DNA from: an uncultured Solirubrobacterales bacterium | GTDB taxonomy: Bacteria > Actinomycetota > Thermoleophilia > Solirubrobacterales > 70-9 | NCBI GenBank assembly: GCA_963810105.1 | Contig: CAWEMB010000001.1 | Location: forward strand, 781,112-845,111 | DNA: 64,000 nt | Direction: 5' to 3' | Shown: piece by piece, positions 1 to 9,773 of the stretch | Numbering within the stretch: the first letter of the stretch is position 1 | How the letters are laid out: every line of letters starts with the position of its first letter | Notes under the pieces: generated by a model | Told to the model about the DNA's origin: nothing | Database searches by the model: none | What the model saw: only the letters and a program-made list of their open reading frames with translations | Translations under genes and position numbers: made by a program

Positions 1-206
1 CGAGCGCGGCGGCTTCCAAGCCAAGCGCCCCGAAGCCGAAGAGCGCACCAAAGGCGAAGAGCGTTGCTCCCGTTGTCACACCGACCGCCGCGACCATCGC
101 TTCCAGCCCAGAAGGGCCGCCGGCGGCGGCTACAGCCACCCCCAACGGCAACGGCAATGGGAATGGCAACGGGCACGCCTTCGGCCACGAACGCAACGGC
201 AAGTAA
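1..206 (+). CDS. 3' end of an unidentified CDS (partial, runs off window start) with a low-complexity tail
   Basis: Frame 3 is open from the window edge to TAA 204-206. Hand translation: ...SKPSAPKPKSAPKAKSVAPVV...NGNGNGNGNGHAFGHERNGK*. No family recognised. Confidence 0.3.
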   Translation, partial: SAAASKPSAPKPKSAPKAKSVAPVVTPTAATIASSPEGPPAAATATPNGNGNGNGNGHAFGHERNGK

Positions 207-263
207 CCCGCGTAGCAATGAGTAGGTAGCTCCTCTAGCGCTGAGGCCGGGGGCACCTGCATC

Positions 264-269
264 TAGACT
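264..269 (+). promoter_or_regulatory. candidate -10 hexamer (TAGACT) for leaderless holA
   Basis: TAGACT is followed by a 6-nt spacer and then ATG 276. There is no Shine-Dalgarno sequence. Confidence 0.4.
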
Positions 270-275
270 CGGCGC

Positions 276-1262
276 ATGGCCGAGGAGATGCGCTCTCTCT
301 ACCTGATTGGCGGCACGGACGCGGCGAAGATCGACGCGACCCGGGCTCGCCTGCGCGCCCGAGCGGAAGGGGAGGGGGGCGTCGCCTCGCTGCTGATCTT
401 CGAGCCGGGCGAGGGCCGGGGGGGACCCGACCACGAGGCGTTCCTGGCGGCGCTGCCGGCAATGTCGCTCACCGAGTCGCGCCGGTACCTCCTCGCTGAC
501 GGGGTCGAGCGCTGGCGGGACCGGCAGCTGCACGCGGTGACAGCCACGCTTGGCAACCTGCCCCCGGATCTGACCGTGGTCCTGATCGCCCGCGCCAAGA
601 TCCCGCAGAAGCTGGCTCAGGCGGTCAAGGCGGCCGAAGGCGAGGTGCACGAATTCGACGCGCCGAAAGCCTGGGACATGCCGCGGGCCCTGGTCGCCGA
701 TGCCAAGCGCCTTGGCTTTCGCCTCGAGCCCACGGCCGGGCGGATGCTCGTCGATCGGATGGGGACGAGCTCTCTGCGCCTCGAACAGGAGCTCAAGCGG
801 CTCGCTCTCTGGGCTGGGGAGGGAGGGATGGTGAGCGCCGAGGACCTCGGCGCGATGATCGCCGATACCTCCGAGGCTGCCGTGTGGGCGCTCTCAGACG
901 CTCTCTTGGAACGCGACCCGGTCGCCGCCCTCGCAATCGGCGAGCGCCTGATCTCCCAGGGCGAAAACGTAACGCCCCTGATCTACGGCCTCGCCTCTCA
1001 CTTGCGAAAAGCGTGCGATGCGGTTGGGCAGCTGGAACGGGGCGTGTCGGCCAAGACGATCGAGTCGAACCTCGGTATGCATCCCTACGCCGCTCGCAAG
1101 CTGATCGACCGCCTGCGCAACAGGAGCCTTACGGAACTGCGCGAGGCGACGGAGGCGATGGCGGACCTGGAGGTCTGGTGCCGAGGCGGGGCCGAATATG
1201 GCGACGAGCTGGCGCTGACGCTGGCTCTGAGGCGTGCCGCCGGTACTGCCGCGGCCGCTTAG
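276..1262 (+). CDS. holA: DNA polymerase III delta subunit
   Basis: The 328-aa ORF has a HolA-like sequence throughout and sits in the classic position beside rpsT. Confidence 0.85.
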   Translation: MAEEMRSLYLIGGTDAAKIDATRARLRARAEGEGGVASLLIFEPGEGRGGPDHEAFLAALPAMSLTESRRYLLADGVERWRDRQLHAVTATLGNLPPDLTVVLIARAKIPQKLAQAVKAAEGEVHEFDAPKAWDMPRALVADAKRLGFRLEPTAGRMLVDRMGTSSLRLEQELKRLALWAGEGGMVSAEDLGAMIADTSEAAVWALSDALLERDPVAALAIGERLISQGENVTPLIYGLASHLRKACDAVGQLERGVSAKTIESNLGMHPYAARKLIDRLRNRSLTELREATEAMADLEVWCRGGAEYGDELALTLALRRAAGTAAAA

Positions 1263-1531
1263 CTCTTGGCGGAGGCGCCGGCGGCGAGCCGGGCTGCCCT
1301 GGACTTCTTGCGGGCACCGGTGTTCTTGTGCAAGGCGCCCTTCTGCACCGCCTTGTCGACCTTGGAGACGAGCTGACGATGCTCGCTGTCGATGACACCG
1401 GCGTCTCCGGACTCGATCGCGCTTTCGAGGCGGCGGAAATGGGTCTTCACCGTGCTGGTAAGCAGCCGGTTCTCGGTGCGCTCGCGTGCGCTGCGTAGGA
1501 TCCGCTTCTTCTGTGAGGCTATGTTGGCCAT
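1259..1531 (-). CDS. rpsT: 30S ribosomal protein S20
   Basis: MANIASQKKRILRSARERTENR... is typical S20. It overlaps the holA stop convergently by 4 nt. Confidence 0.95.
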   Translation of the reverse strand: MANIASQKKRILRSARERTENRLLTSTVKTHFRRLESAIESGDAGVIDSEHRQLVSKVDKAVQKGALHKNTGARKKSRAARLAAGASAKS

Positions 1532-1587
1532 GATCGTGTGCCTGGGCCAGCCCAGGGCGGCCGCCGACTATAGCGACTGAGACCAGC

Positions 1588-3264
1588 TTGGAGACGCCCA
1601 AGGCACCCGACACACCCGACCGCGACAGGGACGCGGTCGCCGCCGATGCCGCGGTGCGCGCGGCCGAGGCCTTCAACCCCGGCGAGGAAACGACAGGCAG
1701 CCCGGCCCCCGGCCGCAAAGGAGGGCGGATCGCCCGCTCCACCGCCCTCTTCTCGATCGCCACGGCGGCCTCGCGGGTCGCGGGCCTCGGGCGCGAGGTC
1801 GTCGCCGCCAGCTACTACGGCGTCACGGGGCCGATGTCGGCCTTCACGATCGCCTTCCAGGTTCCCAACCTGGTCCGCAGTCTCTTTGCCGACTCGGCGC
1901 TGACCCCCGCCTTCGTGCCGATCTTCACCGAGCAGCTGGAGAAAGGGAACCACCGCGAGGCCTTCCGCCTCGCTTCCAGCCTGCTGATGATCGTAACCCT
2001 CGTCCTCGGCGCGATCACGGCGCTGTTCGTGCTCGCGGCGCCGCTCATCCTGCCGCTCTTCGCTCCGGGCTTCGAGGGCGAGATCCTCGACCTGACGGTC
2101 ACCCTCTCCCAGCTTCTCTTCCCAATCCTGATCCTGCTCGGAATCAGCGGCGTGGTGGTCGGCATCCTCAACAGCTACGACCGTTTCGGCGCCTTTGCGA
2201 TCTCACCGCTGTTCTGGAACCTGACGATCATCTTGGCGCTGATCGTCCTGACGCCCTTCTTCGAGGGGCAGGATCGGATCTATGCCTACGCGATCGGCAT
2301 CCTCGCCGGCACCCTCGTCCAGCTGCTGATCCCGGCCTTCGACCTTCGCAACACCCCGTTCAAGTTCAACTGGAGCTTCGAATGGCGCAACCCGAATGTG
2401 AGGCGCGTGCTGCTGCTGATGCCGCCGGTGATGATCACCCTCGGCCTGATCAACTTCAACCTGCTGATCAACAGCTTCTTCGGCAGCCTCGTCAGCGACC
2501 AAGCGCCGGCCGCCATCGATAAGGCGTTTCGCATCTACCAGCTGCCGCAGGGGATTTTCTCGGTCGCGATCTCGGTCGTGCTCTTCCCGGCGCTCTCCCG
2601 TTTCGCCGCTCGCGGCGAGCACGACAACCTTCGCGCGACGGCGGCGAACGGCATGCGCCAGATCCTCTTCGTCCTCGTCCCGGCCGCGGCGGCGGTCCTC
2701 GTCCTCTCCGAGCCGATGATCCGCCTCATCTATCAGCGCGGCGAGTTCACCCCCGACCAGACGACGCTCGTTGCCACGGCCCTCTTCTGGTTCGCCTTCT
2801 CCCTGCCCACCAACGGCCTCTTCCTGCTCTTGACCAGGACCTTCTTCAGCCTTCAACGCCCCTGGATCCCGACCATGATCGCGGCCGGCAACCTGGTCGT
2901 GACCGGCCTTGCCGCGCTGGGCCTCTACCACCTCGGCGTGGGAGGTATCGTCGCCTCGACCGCGATTGCGACCGCGGCCGGCGTCGTCGCCCAGTGCGTG
3001 GTCCTGCGCCGCCTCCTCGACGGGCTCGAGCTCCGCCGGCTGGGGCTGACCACGCTGCAGATCTCGCTCGCGGCCGCCGCCCTGGCGGCTGTCTCGCTTG
3101 GCGTCTGGAGCGTCCTCGACGACGCCCTGGGGCGCGGGTTGGGAGGCCAGATCGCCTCCCTCGGCGTTGCCCTTGGCGCAGGTGGGCTCGTCTACCTGGG
3201 CACCGCCAGGTTGCTGCGCGTGCCGGAGCTGGAGCAGATAACCCGCCTCCTGCACCGTCGCTGA
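1588..3264 (+). CDS. murJ: lipid II flippase MurJ/MviN
   Basis: The 558-aa polytopic membrane protein is MviN/MurJ-like after an Ala/Asp/Pro-rich N-terminal extension. It has a TTG start and the exact start is uncertain. Confidence 0.85.
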   Translation: METPKAPDTPDRDRDAVAADAAVRAAEAFNPGEETTGSPAPGRKGGRIARSTALFSIATAASRVAGLGREVVAASYYGVTGPMSAFTIAFQVPNLVRSLFADSALTPAFVPIFTEQLEKGNHREAFRLASSLLMIVTLVLGAITALFVLAAPLILPLFAPGFEGEILDLTVTLSQLLFPILILLGISGVVVGILNSYDRFGAFAISPLFWNLTIILALIVLTPFFEGQDRIYAYAIGILAGTLVQLLIPAFDLRNTPFKFNWSFEWRNPNVRRVLLLMPPVMITLGLINFNLLINSFFGSLVSDQAPAAIDKAFRIYQLPQGIFSVAISVVLFPALSRFAARGEHDNLRATAANGMRQILFVLVPAAAAVLVLSEPMIRLIYQRGEFTPDQTTLVATALFWFAFSLPTNGLFLLLTRTFFSLQRPWIPTMIAAGNLVVTGLAALGLYHLGVGGIVASTAIATAAGVVAQCVVLRRLLDGLELRRLGLTTLQISLAAAALAAVSLGVWSVLDDALGRGLGGQIASLGVALGAGGLVYLGTARLLRVPELEQITRLLHRR

Positions 3265-3266
3265 CG

Positions 3267-5297
3267 ATGCCGGCCTCTCTGCCGCTTGCACACTCCCTGC
3301 CGGCCTTCGACGCCGCCGACTACCTGGTCGGCGTAGTCGCGATCGCGCTGCTGGCGGCCTTCGCCGCGCTGGGCGCCGTGCAGTTGCGCAGGTGGCTGCT
3401 CCCCGAGCTCTCAGGCGCCCCGGCGTGGCTGGCAACCGCCGTACTGGCGCTGGCGATCCCGATCTGGGCCGCTGAGATCCTCGGCACCTTCGGCCTCTTC
3501 AAGCTCCTGCCTTTCATCGGTGCGGTCACGCTGGCCGGAGCTGCCTGCTGGGCGCTTCTACGGCGGGTGGCGGAGGATGAGGGGGGTCGAGGACGGCCCC
3601 GCCCGCAGCGCCCCCCTCATCCTCAGACAGGACCCGCCGGCCAGGGCGCCGATTTAGCGACCCTGATCGCGCTGGGCATCGCCCTGGTTGCGGTCGTCCA
3701 TTTCGCCGCCGGGGTGCGGCTGCGCCTCGGCACCGGAATGACCGGCTTCGACTCGACCTGGTACCACGGGCCGTTCGCGGCCGGCTTCTTCCAGACCGGA
3801 AACACGTTCGACCTGCATTTCATCGCGCCCCAGTTCCTGGCCTGGTTTTACCCGGCCAACGCCGAAATCTTCCATGCCACCGGGATGCTGGCCTTCAGCC
3901 GCGACATCCTCTCGCCGCTGCTCAACCTCGGTTGGTTTGCCGGCTGCCTTTTCGCCGTCTGGTGCATCGGCCGGCCGTACGGAGTGGCGCCGCTGTCGCT
4001 GGCGCTGGGAGCTGTCGCCCTCAGCGTCGGGGCCCTCGCCGACCAGGCGGGGGAGGCCAGGAACGACATCGTCGGGGCCTTCTTCCTCCTCGCCGCGGTT
4101 GCCGTTGCCCTCAACGCCTGGGTCGTGCAGCCCGGCGGCGAGCGCTGCCTGTCGCGGCGGGCGCTGATCGTCGTCGGCCTGGCGATCGGGCTCGCCGCGG
4201 GCACCAAGCTCAACTTCCTCCTGCCCGCGGCGGCTCTCCTCGTCGGCCTGGTGGCCATCGCGCCCCGGGGCCGGCGCTGGGGGTCGCTTGCCGCGACCGG
4301 TCTGGCGGCCCTCGCCTGCGGCGGCTACTGGTACCTGCGCAACCTCATCCACGCCGGCAATCCACTGCCCTGGGTCCATCACCTCGGGCCGATTGACCTG
4401 CCGGCGCCGCGGCAGGGGCTCGGCGGACGGGAGGCGCATAGTGTCCTCGGCTACCTGACCGACGGCGCTGTCTGGTCGGATTGGTTCCTGCCCGGCCTGC
4501 ATGGGGGGCTGAGCCTCCTCTGGCCGCTGCTCGCCGTGCTGGCCCTGGCCGGGCTGGTTCTCTGCCTGGGTCGCGGCGCCGACCCGCCTTTGCGCGTTGC
4601 CTCCCTCGCCGGCCTGGCGATCATCGCCGCCTGGCTCATCGCTCCCACCTCGGCGTCGGGGCCCGACGGCATCCCGCGGGGCTTTGAGTCGGGCCTGCGC
4701 TACCTGGCCCCGGCCCTCGTCCTTGGCTTTGCGCTTCTGCCGGCGTCGCCGCCGGTACGGCTTCGGGCCCGGCGTTGGGCGTCGTCGGAGCGGCGCTGGA
4801 GCTGGGCGATAGAGCCCGAAAGGCTGGTTCTCGTCGCCGGCGCCGTGCTGCTTGCCCTGATCGCCGTCGGCGGCTGGGGGGCGCAGCGGTATCTCGACCA
4901 CCGCTATGCGGACCCGAGCTTTGCCGCTCCCGGCCTCAACGAGGCGTTCGCGACGGCGCGCGATTTCACCGGCACCGACATCGCGACGACCAGCACCCGC
5001 CAGTACCCGCTGTATGGGACCGATCTTTCCAACCGGGTTCAGTTCATCGGCCGGGAGCGCCCCCACGGCGGTTTCGTCGCCCTCTCGTCCTGCCGCGCCT
5101 GGCGCCGGGCGCTCAACGCGGGGGGCTATGACTTCGTTCTCGCCAGCCGCGACCGCATCGAAGCCGGCAAGCCCCCGTATCCGCCGCAGGCGGCCTGGAC
5201 GGCGAGCGACCCCGGCGCGCGCCTGGTCTTCCGCAAGCCGCCGACAGCCCTCTTCGTCCTGTTGCGCCCCCTCGACCCATCGGCGTGCAGCGAATAG
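3267..5297 (+). CDS. polytopic membrane protein, GT-C/ArnT-PMT-like glycosyltransferase (inferred)
   Basis: The ORF-track start 2994 lies inside murJ. The first sensible start is ATG 3267, 2 nt after the murJ stop. The product has many TM helices plus a C-terminal soluble domain. The family call is only a general resemblance. Confidence 0.6.
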   Translation: MPASLPLAHSLPAFDAADYLVGVVAIALLAAFAALGAVQLRRWLLPELSGAPAWLATAVLALAIPIWAAEILGTFGLFKLLPFIGAVTLAGAACWALLRRVAEDEGGRGRPRPQRPPHPQTGPAGQGADLATLIALGIALVAVVHFAAGVRLRLGTGMTGFDSTWYHGPFAAGFFQTGNTFDLHFIAPQFLAWFYPANAEIFHATGMLAFSRDILSPLLNLGWFAGCLFAVWCIGRPYGVAPLSLALGAVALSVGALADQAGEARNDIVGAFFLLAAVAVALNAWVVQPGGERCLSRRALIVVGLAIGLAAGTKLNFLLPAAALLVGLVAIAPRGRRWGSLAATGLAALACGGYWYLRNLIHAGNPLPWVHHLGPIDLPAPRQGLGGREAHSVLGYLTDGAVWSDWFLPGLHGGLSLLWPLLAVLALAGLVLCLGRGADPPLRVASLAGLAIIAAWLIAPTSASGPDGIPRGFESGLRYLAPALVLGFALLPASPPVRLRARRWASSERRWSWAIEPERLVLVAGAVLLALIAVGGWGAQRYLDHRYADPSFAAPGLNEAFATARDFTGTDIATTSTRQYPLYGTDLSNRVQFIGRERPHGGFVALSSCRAWRRALNAGGYDFVLASRDRIEAGKPPYPPQAAWTASDPGARLVFRKPPTALFVLLRPLDPSACSE

Positions 5298-5332
5298 CGG
5301 CTCTCGCGCCAGTCGCCATACTCCGCCACCCG

Positions 5333-7126
5333 ATGGACCACATCCGCAACTTCTCGATCATCGCCCACATCGACCACGGCAAGTCGACCCTGGCCGACCG
5401 CATCCTCGAGATCACGGATGCGGTGGACCCCAAGAAAATGCGCGCTCAGGTGCTCGATTCGATGGACCTCGAGCGCGAGCGTGGGATCACGATCAAGGCG
5501 CAGGCGGTGCGGGTCGAGTACCGCGCCGCCGACGGGCAGGCCTACCACCTGCACCTGATCGATACGCCGGGGCACGTCGACTTCTCCTACGAGGTGTCGC
5601 GCAGCCTCGCCGCATGTGAGGGCGCCCTGCTCGTCGTCGACGCCGCCCAGGGCGTCGAGGCACAGACGGTCGCCAACACCTACCTGGCGATCGAGAACGG
5701 GCTGGAGCTGATCCCGGTGATCAACAAGGTCGACCTGCCCGGCGCCGAGCCGGAGCGGGTGGCAACCGAAATCGCCGACCTCACCGGCGGCGACGCCGGC
5801 GAAGCGCTGCCGATCTCGGCCAAGACCGGGGAGGGGGTGGTCGAGGTGCTGGAGGCGATCGTCGACCGCATCCCCTCGCCGAAGGGCAAGCCCGACGCGC
5901 CCACCCGGGCGCTGATCTTCGACTCCGAGTTCGACCAGTACCGCGGCGTGATCGCCTACGTGCGGATGGTCGACGGCGCTTTTCGCAAGCAGGAGCAGAT
6001 CCTCGCGATGCAGAACGGCACCGAGGCCGACATCGACGACATCGGCTTCTTCCGCCCGGCGATGACGGGCGTCGGCGGGATGGAGGCCGGCGACGTCGGC
6101 TACCTGATCACCGGCATCAAGGACGTCGCCAAGCTGCGGGTGGGAGACACGCTCACAGCACTCGACCGTCCCGCCGCCGAGCCGCTCGAGGGCTACCGCG
6201 AGGTGCGGCCGATGGTCTTCTGCGGCCTCTTCCCGATTGACACCGACCGCTACGAAGACCTGCGCGACGCACTCGAGAAGCTGGCCCTCAACGACGCCGC
6301 CCTCTCCTGGGAGCCGGAGACCTCCGAGGCGCTCGGCTTCGGCTTTCGCTGCGGCTTCCTCGGCCTCCTCCACATGGAGATCGTGCGTGAGCGGCTGGAG
6401 CGCGAGTACGACCTTGACCTGCTGGCAACGACCCCGAACGTGCGCTACCTGGTCAACCTCGCCAATGGCGAGACGAAGGAGGTGCACAGCCCGACCGAGC
6501 TGCCCGACCCCGGCACGATCGAGACGATCGAAGAGCCCTACATCCGCGCCACGATCATCTGCCCGAAAGAGCAGGTGGGAGCCGTGATGGAGCTCTGCCA
6601 GGCGCGCCGCGGCGCCCACGTCGACATGCACTTCCTCAGCCCCCAGCGGGTGCAGATCCGCTACGACCTGCCGCTGGCCGAAATCGTCCTCGACTTCTTC
6701 GACCTGCTGAAGTCCTCGACCAAGGGCTATGCCTCGCTCGACTACGAGCCGATCGGCAACCGCGTCTCGGACCTGGTCAAAGTCGACATCCTGCTCGCCG
6801 GCGACAAGGTTGACGCCCTTTCGATCATCGTCTTCCGCGATTTCGCCTACGACCAGGGCAAACGCCTGGTTGGGCGGCTGCGCAAGACGATCCCCCGCCA
6901 GCTCTTCGACGTCCCGGTCCAGGCCGCGGTCGGCTCCAACATCCTCGCCCGCGAGACGGTCAAGGCGCTGCGCAAGGACGTCACGGCGAAGCTCTACGGC
7001 GGCGACGTCACCCGCAAGCAGAAGCTGCTGAAGAAGCAGAAAGCGGGCAAGAAGCGGATGAAGCAGGTGGGCCGAGTCGAGGTCCCCCAGGAGGCATTCC
7101 TGGCCGTCCTCGAGATTGACGAGTAG
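5333..7126 (+). CDS. lepA: translation elongation factor 4 (LepA)
   Basis: [23 protein letters not shown]..., DTPGHVDF and NKVD GTPase motifs are present, with a LepA C-terminal region. I moved the start from 5285 to ATG 5333. Confidence 0.95.
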   Translation: MDHIRNFSIIAHIDHGKSTLADRILEITDAVDPKKMRAQVLDSMDLERERGITIKAQAVRVEYRAADGQAYHLHLIDTPGHVDFSYEVSRSLAACEGALLVVDAAQGVEAQTVANTYLAIENGLELIPVINKVDLPGAEPERVATEIADLTGGDAGEALPISAKTGEGVVEVLEAIVDRIPSPKGKPDAPTRALIFDSEFDQYRGVIAYVRMVDGAFRKQEQILAMQNGTEADIDDIGFFRPAMTGVGGMEAGDVGYLITGIKDVAKLRVGDTLTALDRPAAEPLEGYREVRPMVFCGLFPIDTDRYEDLRDALEKLALNDAALSWEPETSEALGFGFRCGFLGLLHMEIVRERLEREYDLDLLATTPNVRYLVNLANGETKEVHSPTELPDPGTIETIEEPYIRATIICPKEQVGAVMELCQARRGAHVDMHFLSPQRVQIRYDLPLAEIVLDFFDLLKSSTKGYASLDYEPIGNRVSDLVKVDILLAGDKVDALSIIVFRDFAYDQGKRLVGRLRKTIPRQLFDVPVQAAVGSNILARETVKALRKDVTAKLYGGDVTRKQKLLKKQKAGKKRMKQVGRVEVPQEAFLAVLEIDE

Positions 7127-7140
7127 ATAGGGTCCCGGCA

Positions 7141-7581
7141 ATGCCGATCAAGACCGATGCCGTGGGCAAGGAATGGGCACCGACGACCTACCAGGTGGGG
7201 CGCGAGAAGATCCGCGAGTACGCCAACGCGCTCGGGATCGCCAACCCGGTGCACTTCGACGTCGGGGCGGCGAAGACCGCCGGCTTTCGCGACGTGGTCG
7301 CACCGCCGATGTTCTGCGTCGTCTACAGCGCCCCTGCCCTGGCGCCGGCGATGTTCGACCCCGACGTGGGGATGAACTTCGCCGCCATGGTGCACGGGGG
7401 GCAGGAGTTCGAGTGGGACGAGCCGGCCTGCTCGGGCGACGAGATCACAACGATGGCGAAGTGCATGGAGATCTACGAGAAAGACGGCAAGGGCTTTTAC
7501 GTCTTCGAGTCGATCTCCAAGAACCAGGACGGCGACCGGGTCGTGCGCGGCGTCTGGACCAACATCGTCAGGGGAGTGTGA
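7141..7581 (+). CDS. hot-dog fold (3R)-hydroxyacyl dehydratase subunit, HadA/UPF0336-like
   Basis: The 146-aa product looks like an N-terminal-type MaoC-like hot-dog domain. It is paired with the downstream MaoC gene with a 1-nt gap. Confidence 0.75.
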   Translation: MPIKTDAVGKEWAPTTYQVGREKIREYANALGIANPVHFDVGAAKTAGFRDVVAPPMFCVVYSAPALAPAMFDPDVGMNFAAMVHGGQEFEWDEPACSGDEITTMAKCMEIYEKDGKGFYVFESISKNQDGDRVVRGVWTNIVRGV

Positions 7582-7582
7582 G

Positions 7583-7975
7583 ATGAGCCAGTTGGAGGTT
7601 GGAGACCAGTGCCCGCAGCTGAGCGTCACCCCCGACAAGTACTTGCCGCACCGCTATGCCGGCGCCTCGGGCGACTTCAACCCGATCCATGTCGACCCCG
7701 AGTTCGCCAAGGGCGTCGGACTACCGAGCAACATCCTTCACGGCCTCTACTCGATGGGACTTGTCGCGAGGGCGGCAACGGAGGCTGCCAACGACGATCC
7801 GCGGGCGCTCAAGCGCCTCACGGTGCAGTTTCGCGGCATGGGCCTGCCGGAGCAGGAGATCGTCGTCAGCGGCAGCGTCAAATCCGTCGATGGCGACCGA
7901 GCGGTGATCGACACCGTCGCCGCGCAGGGCGATAACAAGATCATTCGCAACGCCGAGGCGGAAGTCGAGTTGTAG
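7583..7975 (+). CDS. MaoC-family dehydratase subunit, HadB-like
   Basis: The 130-aa product carries a GDFNPIHVDPEFA hydratase motif. Confidence 0.8.
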   Translation: MSQLEVGDQCPQLSVTPDKYLPHRYAGASGDFNPIHVDPEFAKGVGLPSNILHGLYSMGLVARAATEAANDDPRALKRLTVQFRGMGLPEQEIVVSGSVKSVDGDRAVIDTVAAQGDNKIIRNAEAEVEL

Positions 7976-7981
7976 GGCGCC

Positions 7982-8043
7982 GGGTGACCCCTCCCAAAAC
8001 GCTCGGCGGGGGCCTCGCTTGAGTGTTTTGGGAGGGGTCACCC
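7982..8043. repeat. nested palindromic intergenic element, copy A (short form)
   Basis: A perfect 19-bp inverted repeat, GGGTGACCCCTCCCAAAAC (7982-8000) / GTTTTGGGAGGGGTCACCC (8025-8043), flanks a 24-nt core containing CGGCGGGGG and TTGAGTG. Confidence 0.9.
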
Positions 8044-8054
8044 GCCGTCCCTCC

Positions 8055-8060
8055 TAGACT
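8055..8060 (+). promoter_or_regulatory. candidate -10 hexamer (TAGACT) for leaderless hrcA
   Basis: TAGACT is followed by a 7-nt spacer and then GTG 8068. Confidence 0.4.
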
Positions 8061-8067
8061 TCGAGCT

Positions 8068-9102
8068 GTGCTTTCTCCTAGACAGGAGTTGATTCTTCGG
8101 CGGGTCGTCGACGCGTATCTCGCGTCGGCAAGGCCGGTGGCTTCGAAATCGATCGCGGCGAGCCCCGAGGTGGAGTGGGGCCCGTCGACCGTGCGCGCCG
8201 AGCTGGCGGCTCTGGAGGCGGCTGGGTTCCTGTCCCATCCGCATACCTCCGCCGGCCGCGTCCCAACCGACTCCGGCTACCGGTGCTACGTCGACCTGCT
8301 ACTCGCCTCGGGCGAGCCTCCGGCCGCCGCCGGGGTTGAGCTCGAGTTGTCGCGGCTGCGGCGCGAGGTCGACGATGCGATGCGCGAGACGACCGCGGCG
8401 CTGGCGCAGGTGACCGATCTGATGGCCCTCGCCACCGCGCCTCCGGACACCGTTGCGGCGACGATCCACCGGGTCGAGGTGCTGCGCCTGCAACCGACGA
8501 GGGTGATGGTGATCGCGATCGCTTCCAGCGGCGCCGTCGGCAAGCGCGTCTTCGACTTCGAGCGGGCGGTCGATCCCGGCCTGGTCAAGTGGGCCTCCAG
8601 CTATCTCAACGAGTCCCTGGCGGGGATGAGCGTGGGCGCACGGATGATCGCCGGCCGCCTTGCCAGCTCCGAGCTCGGGCCGGCCGAGGCCGAATTCATC
8701 TCCACCCTGGGCAGTGTCTTCACCCAGCTCGAGGACGAGGCGGAGGCGGGGGGCACGCTCTACACGGACGGCGCCGCGCGCCTGCTCTCCGACGCTCGCC
8801 TCGACGACCTTCCTCGGGCCGACAGGCTGCTGACGGCGCTCGAGGGGCGAGCCAACGTCCTCGAGATGCTGCGCTCGGCGCTCGACCGGCGATCGGTTTT
8901 CCTCTGGATCGGCGACGAGAACCCGCAGCCGGAGCTGCGCACCGTCAGCGTCGTCGGCGCCAACTACGGGCTCGCCCATCGCAACCTCGGCGCCGTCGGC
9001 GTCGTCGGGCCGCTGCGAATGGACTACGCGACGGCGATCGCATCGGTGCGCGATGCGGCGCGTGAGCTCTCGCGTTACTGCGAAACCGTCTACGACGGCT
9101 GA
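8068..9102 (+). CDS. hrcA: heat-inducible transcription repressor HrcA
   Basis: The product is HrcA-like from [18 protein letters not shown] onward. The ORF-track start 8023 lies inside repeat A, so I prefer GTG 8068. Confidence 0.9.
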   Translation: MLSPRQELILRRVVDAYLASARPVASKSIAASPEVEWGPSTVRAELAALEAAGFLSHPHTSAGRVPTDSGYRCYVDLLLASGEPPAAAGVELELSRLRREVDDAMRETTAALAQVTDLMALATAPPDTVAATIHRVEVLRLQPTRVMVIAIASSGAVGKRVFDFERAVDPGLVKWASSYLNESLAGMSVGARMIAGRLASSELGPAEAEFISTLGSVFTQLEDEAEAGGTLYTDGAARLLSDARLDDLPRADRLLTALEGRANVLEMLRSALDRRSVFLWIGDENPQPELRTVSVVGANYGLAHRNLGAVGVVGPLRMDYATAIASVRDAARELSRYCETVYDG

Positions 9103-9107
9103 TCGCG

Positions 9108-9773
9108 ATGCCGCGCGACTACTACGAGGTGCTGGGTGTCCAGCGGGATGCTTCCGCGGCCGACCTGAAGCAGGCTTTTCGCCGCCTCGCCCGGGAGCTG
9201 CACCCCGACGTCAACGGCCACGACCCCGAGGCCGAGGAGAAGTTCAAGCAGGCGGCGGAGGCCTACGAGGTCCTCTCCGATGACGACCGCCGGCACACCT
9301 ACGACAGGTTCGGCCACGAAGGGCTGCGCTCCGGCGGCTTTCCACCTGGCGGGGGGTTCGGCTCGGTGGAGGACATCCTGCAGGCCTTCTTCGGCGGCGG
9401 CGGCTTTGGCTTCGAAGTGCGGCGCGGGCCGATGCGCGGCCAGAACCTGATCCACACGGTTGAGATCTCCGCCCTCGACGCGATGCTCGGCGTGAAAATC
9501 AAGATCCCGAGCCAGGAGGGTGAGCGGGAGATCGAGCTGCCGGCGGGCACACAGCACGGCACCCAGTACGCCCTGCGAGGGCACGGCTTGCCGGGCTCCG
9601 GCGGCGGGCCTGACGGCGACCTCGTCATCGCCGTCCACGTGATCGTTCCCACCGATCTCTCCGAGGAGCAGCGCGAGCTGGCCGAGAAGCTGGGGCAGAC
9701 CATCGAGGCGCGAAACCTCCGCAGCGAGGGTGGCGAGAGCTTCTTTTCCCGCATGCGCCGGACCTTCGGTTGA
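9108..9773 (+). CDS. dnaJ: J-domain co-chaperone, short DnaJ lacking the zinc-finger domain
   Basis: The product has a J domain (YYEVLGV...HPD), a Gly/Phe region and one C-terminal beta-sandwich. It is only 221 aa and has no CxxCxGxG repeats. Confidence 0.85.
   Translation: MPRDYYEVLGVQRDASAADLKQAFRRLARELHPDVNGHDPEAEEKFKQAAEAYEVLSDDDRRHTYDRFGHEGLRSGGFPPGGGFGSVEDILQAFFGGGGFGFEVRRGPMRGQNLIHTVEISALDAMLGVKIKIPSQEGEREIELPAGTQHGTQYALRGHGLPGSGGGPDGDLVIAVHVIVPTDLSEEQRELAEKLGQTIEARNLRSEGGESFFSRMRRTFG

Noticed and set aside
2994-3266. ORF-track 5' extensions, here and at 5285, 8023, 17174, 20984, 24713, 27528, 29507, 29790, 34041, 36176, 36991, 39803, 42916, 49472, 53308 and 54652.
   Set aside because: The extensions overlap the preceding gene or a repeat, have nonsense-like composition, and precede the point where family homology begins. 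Downstream starts were chosen using homology, overlap geometry and -10 or SD signals.
5126-7141. A 671-aa ORF on the minus strand opposite lepA. Similar long antisense or alternate-frame ORFs occur at 894..1763, 2203..3435, 3654..5066, 20555..21601, 21547..22710, 35369..37135, 44113..45765, 58323..59174, 60160..62439 and 61016..62824.
   Set aside because: Each lies exactly antisense to, or out of frame with, a gene that has unmistakable homology. Their translations are Arg/Ala/Gly/Pro-rich low-complexity strings, typical of stop-codon-poor high-GC DNA.
7982-8043. The palindrome upstream of hrcA considered as a CIRCE operator (TTAGCACTC-N9-GAGTGCTAA).
   Set aside because: The sequence does not match CIRCE beyond a GAGTG pentamer, and it belongs to the seven-member repeat family found after unrelated genes. 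No CIRCE-like element was seen upstream of hrcA or dnaJ.
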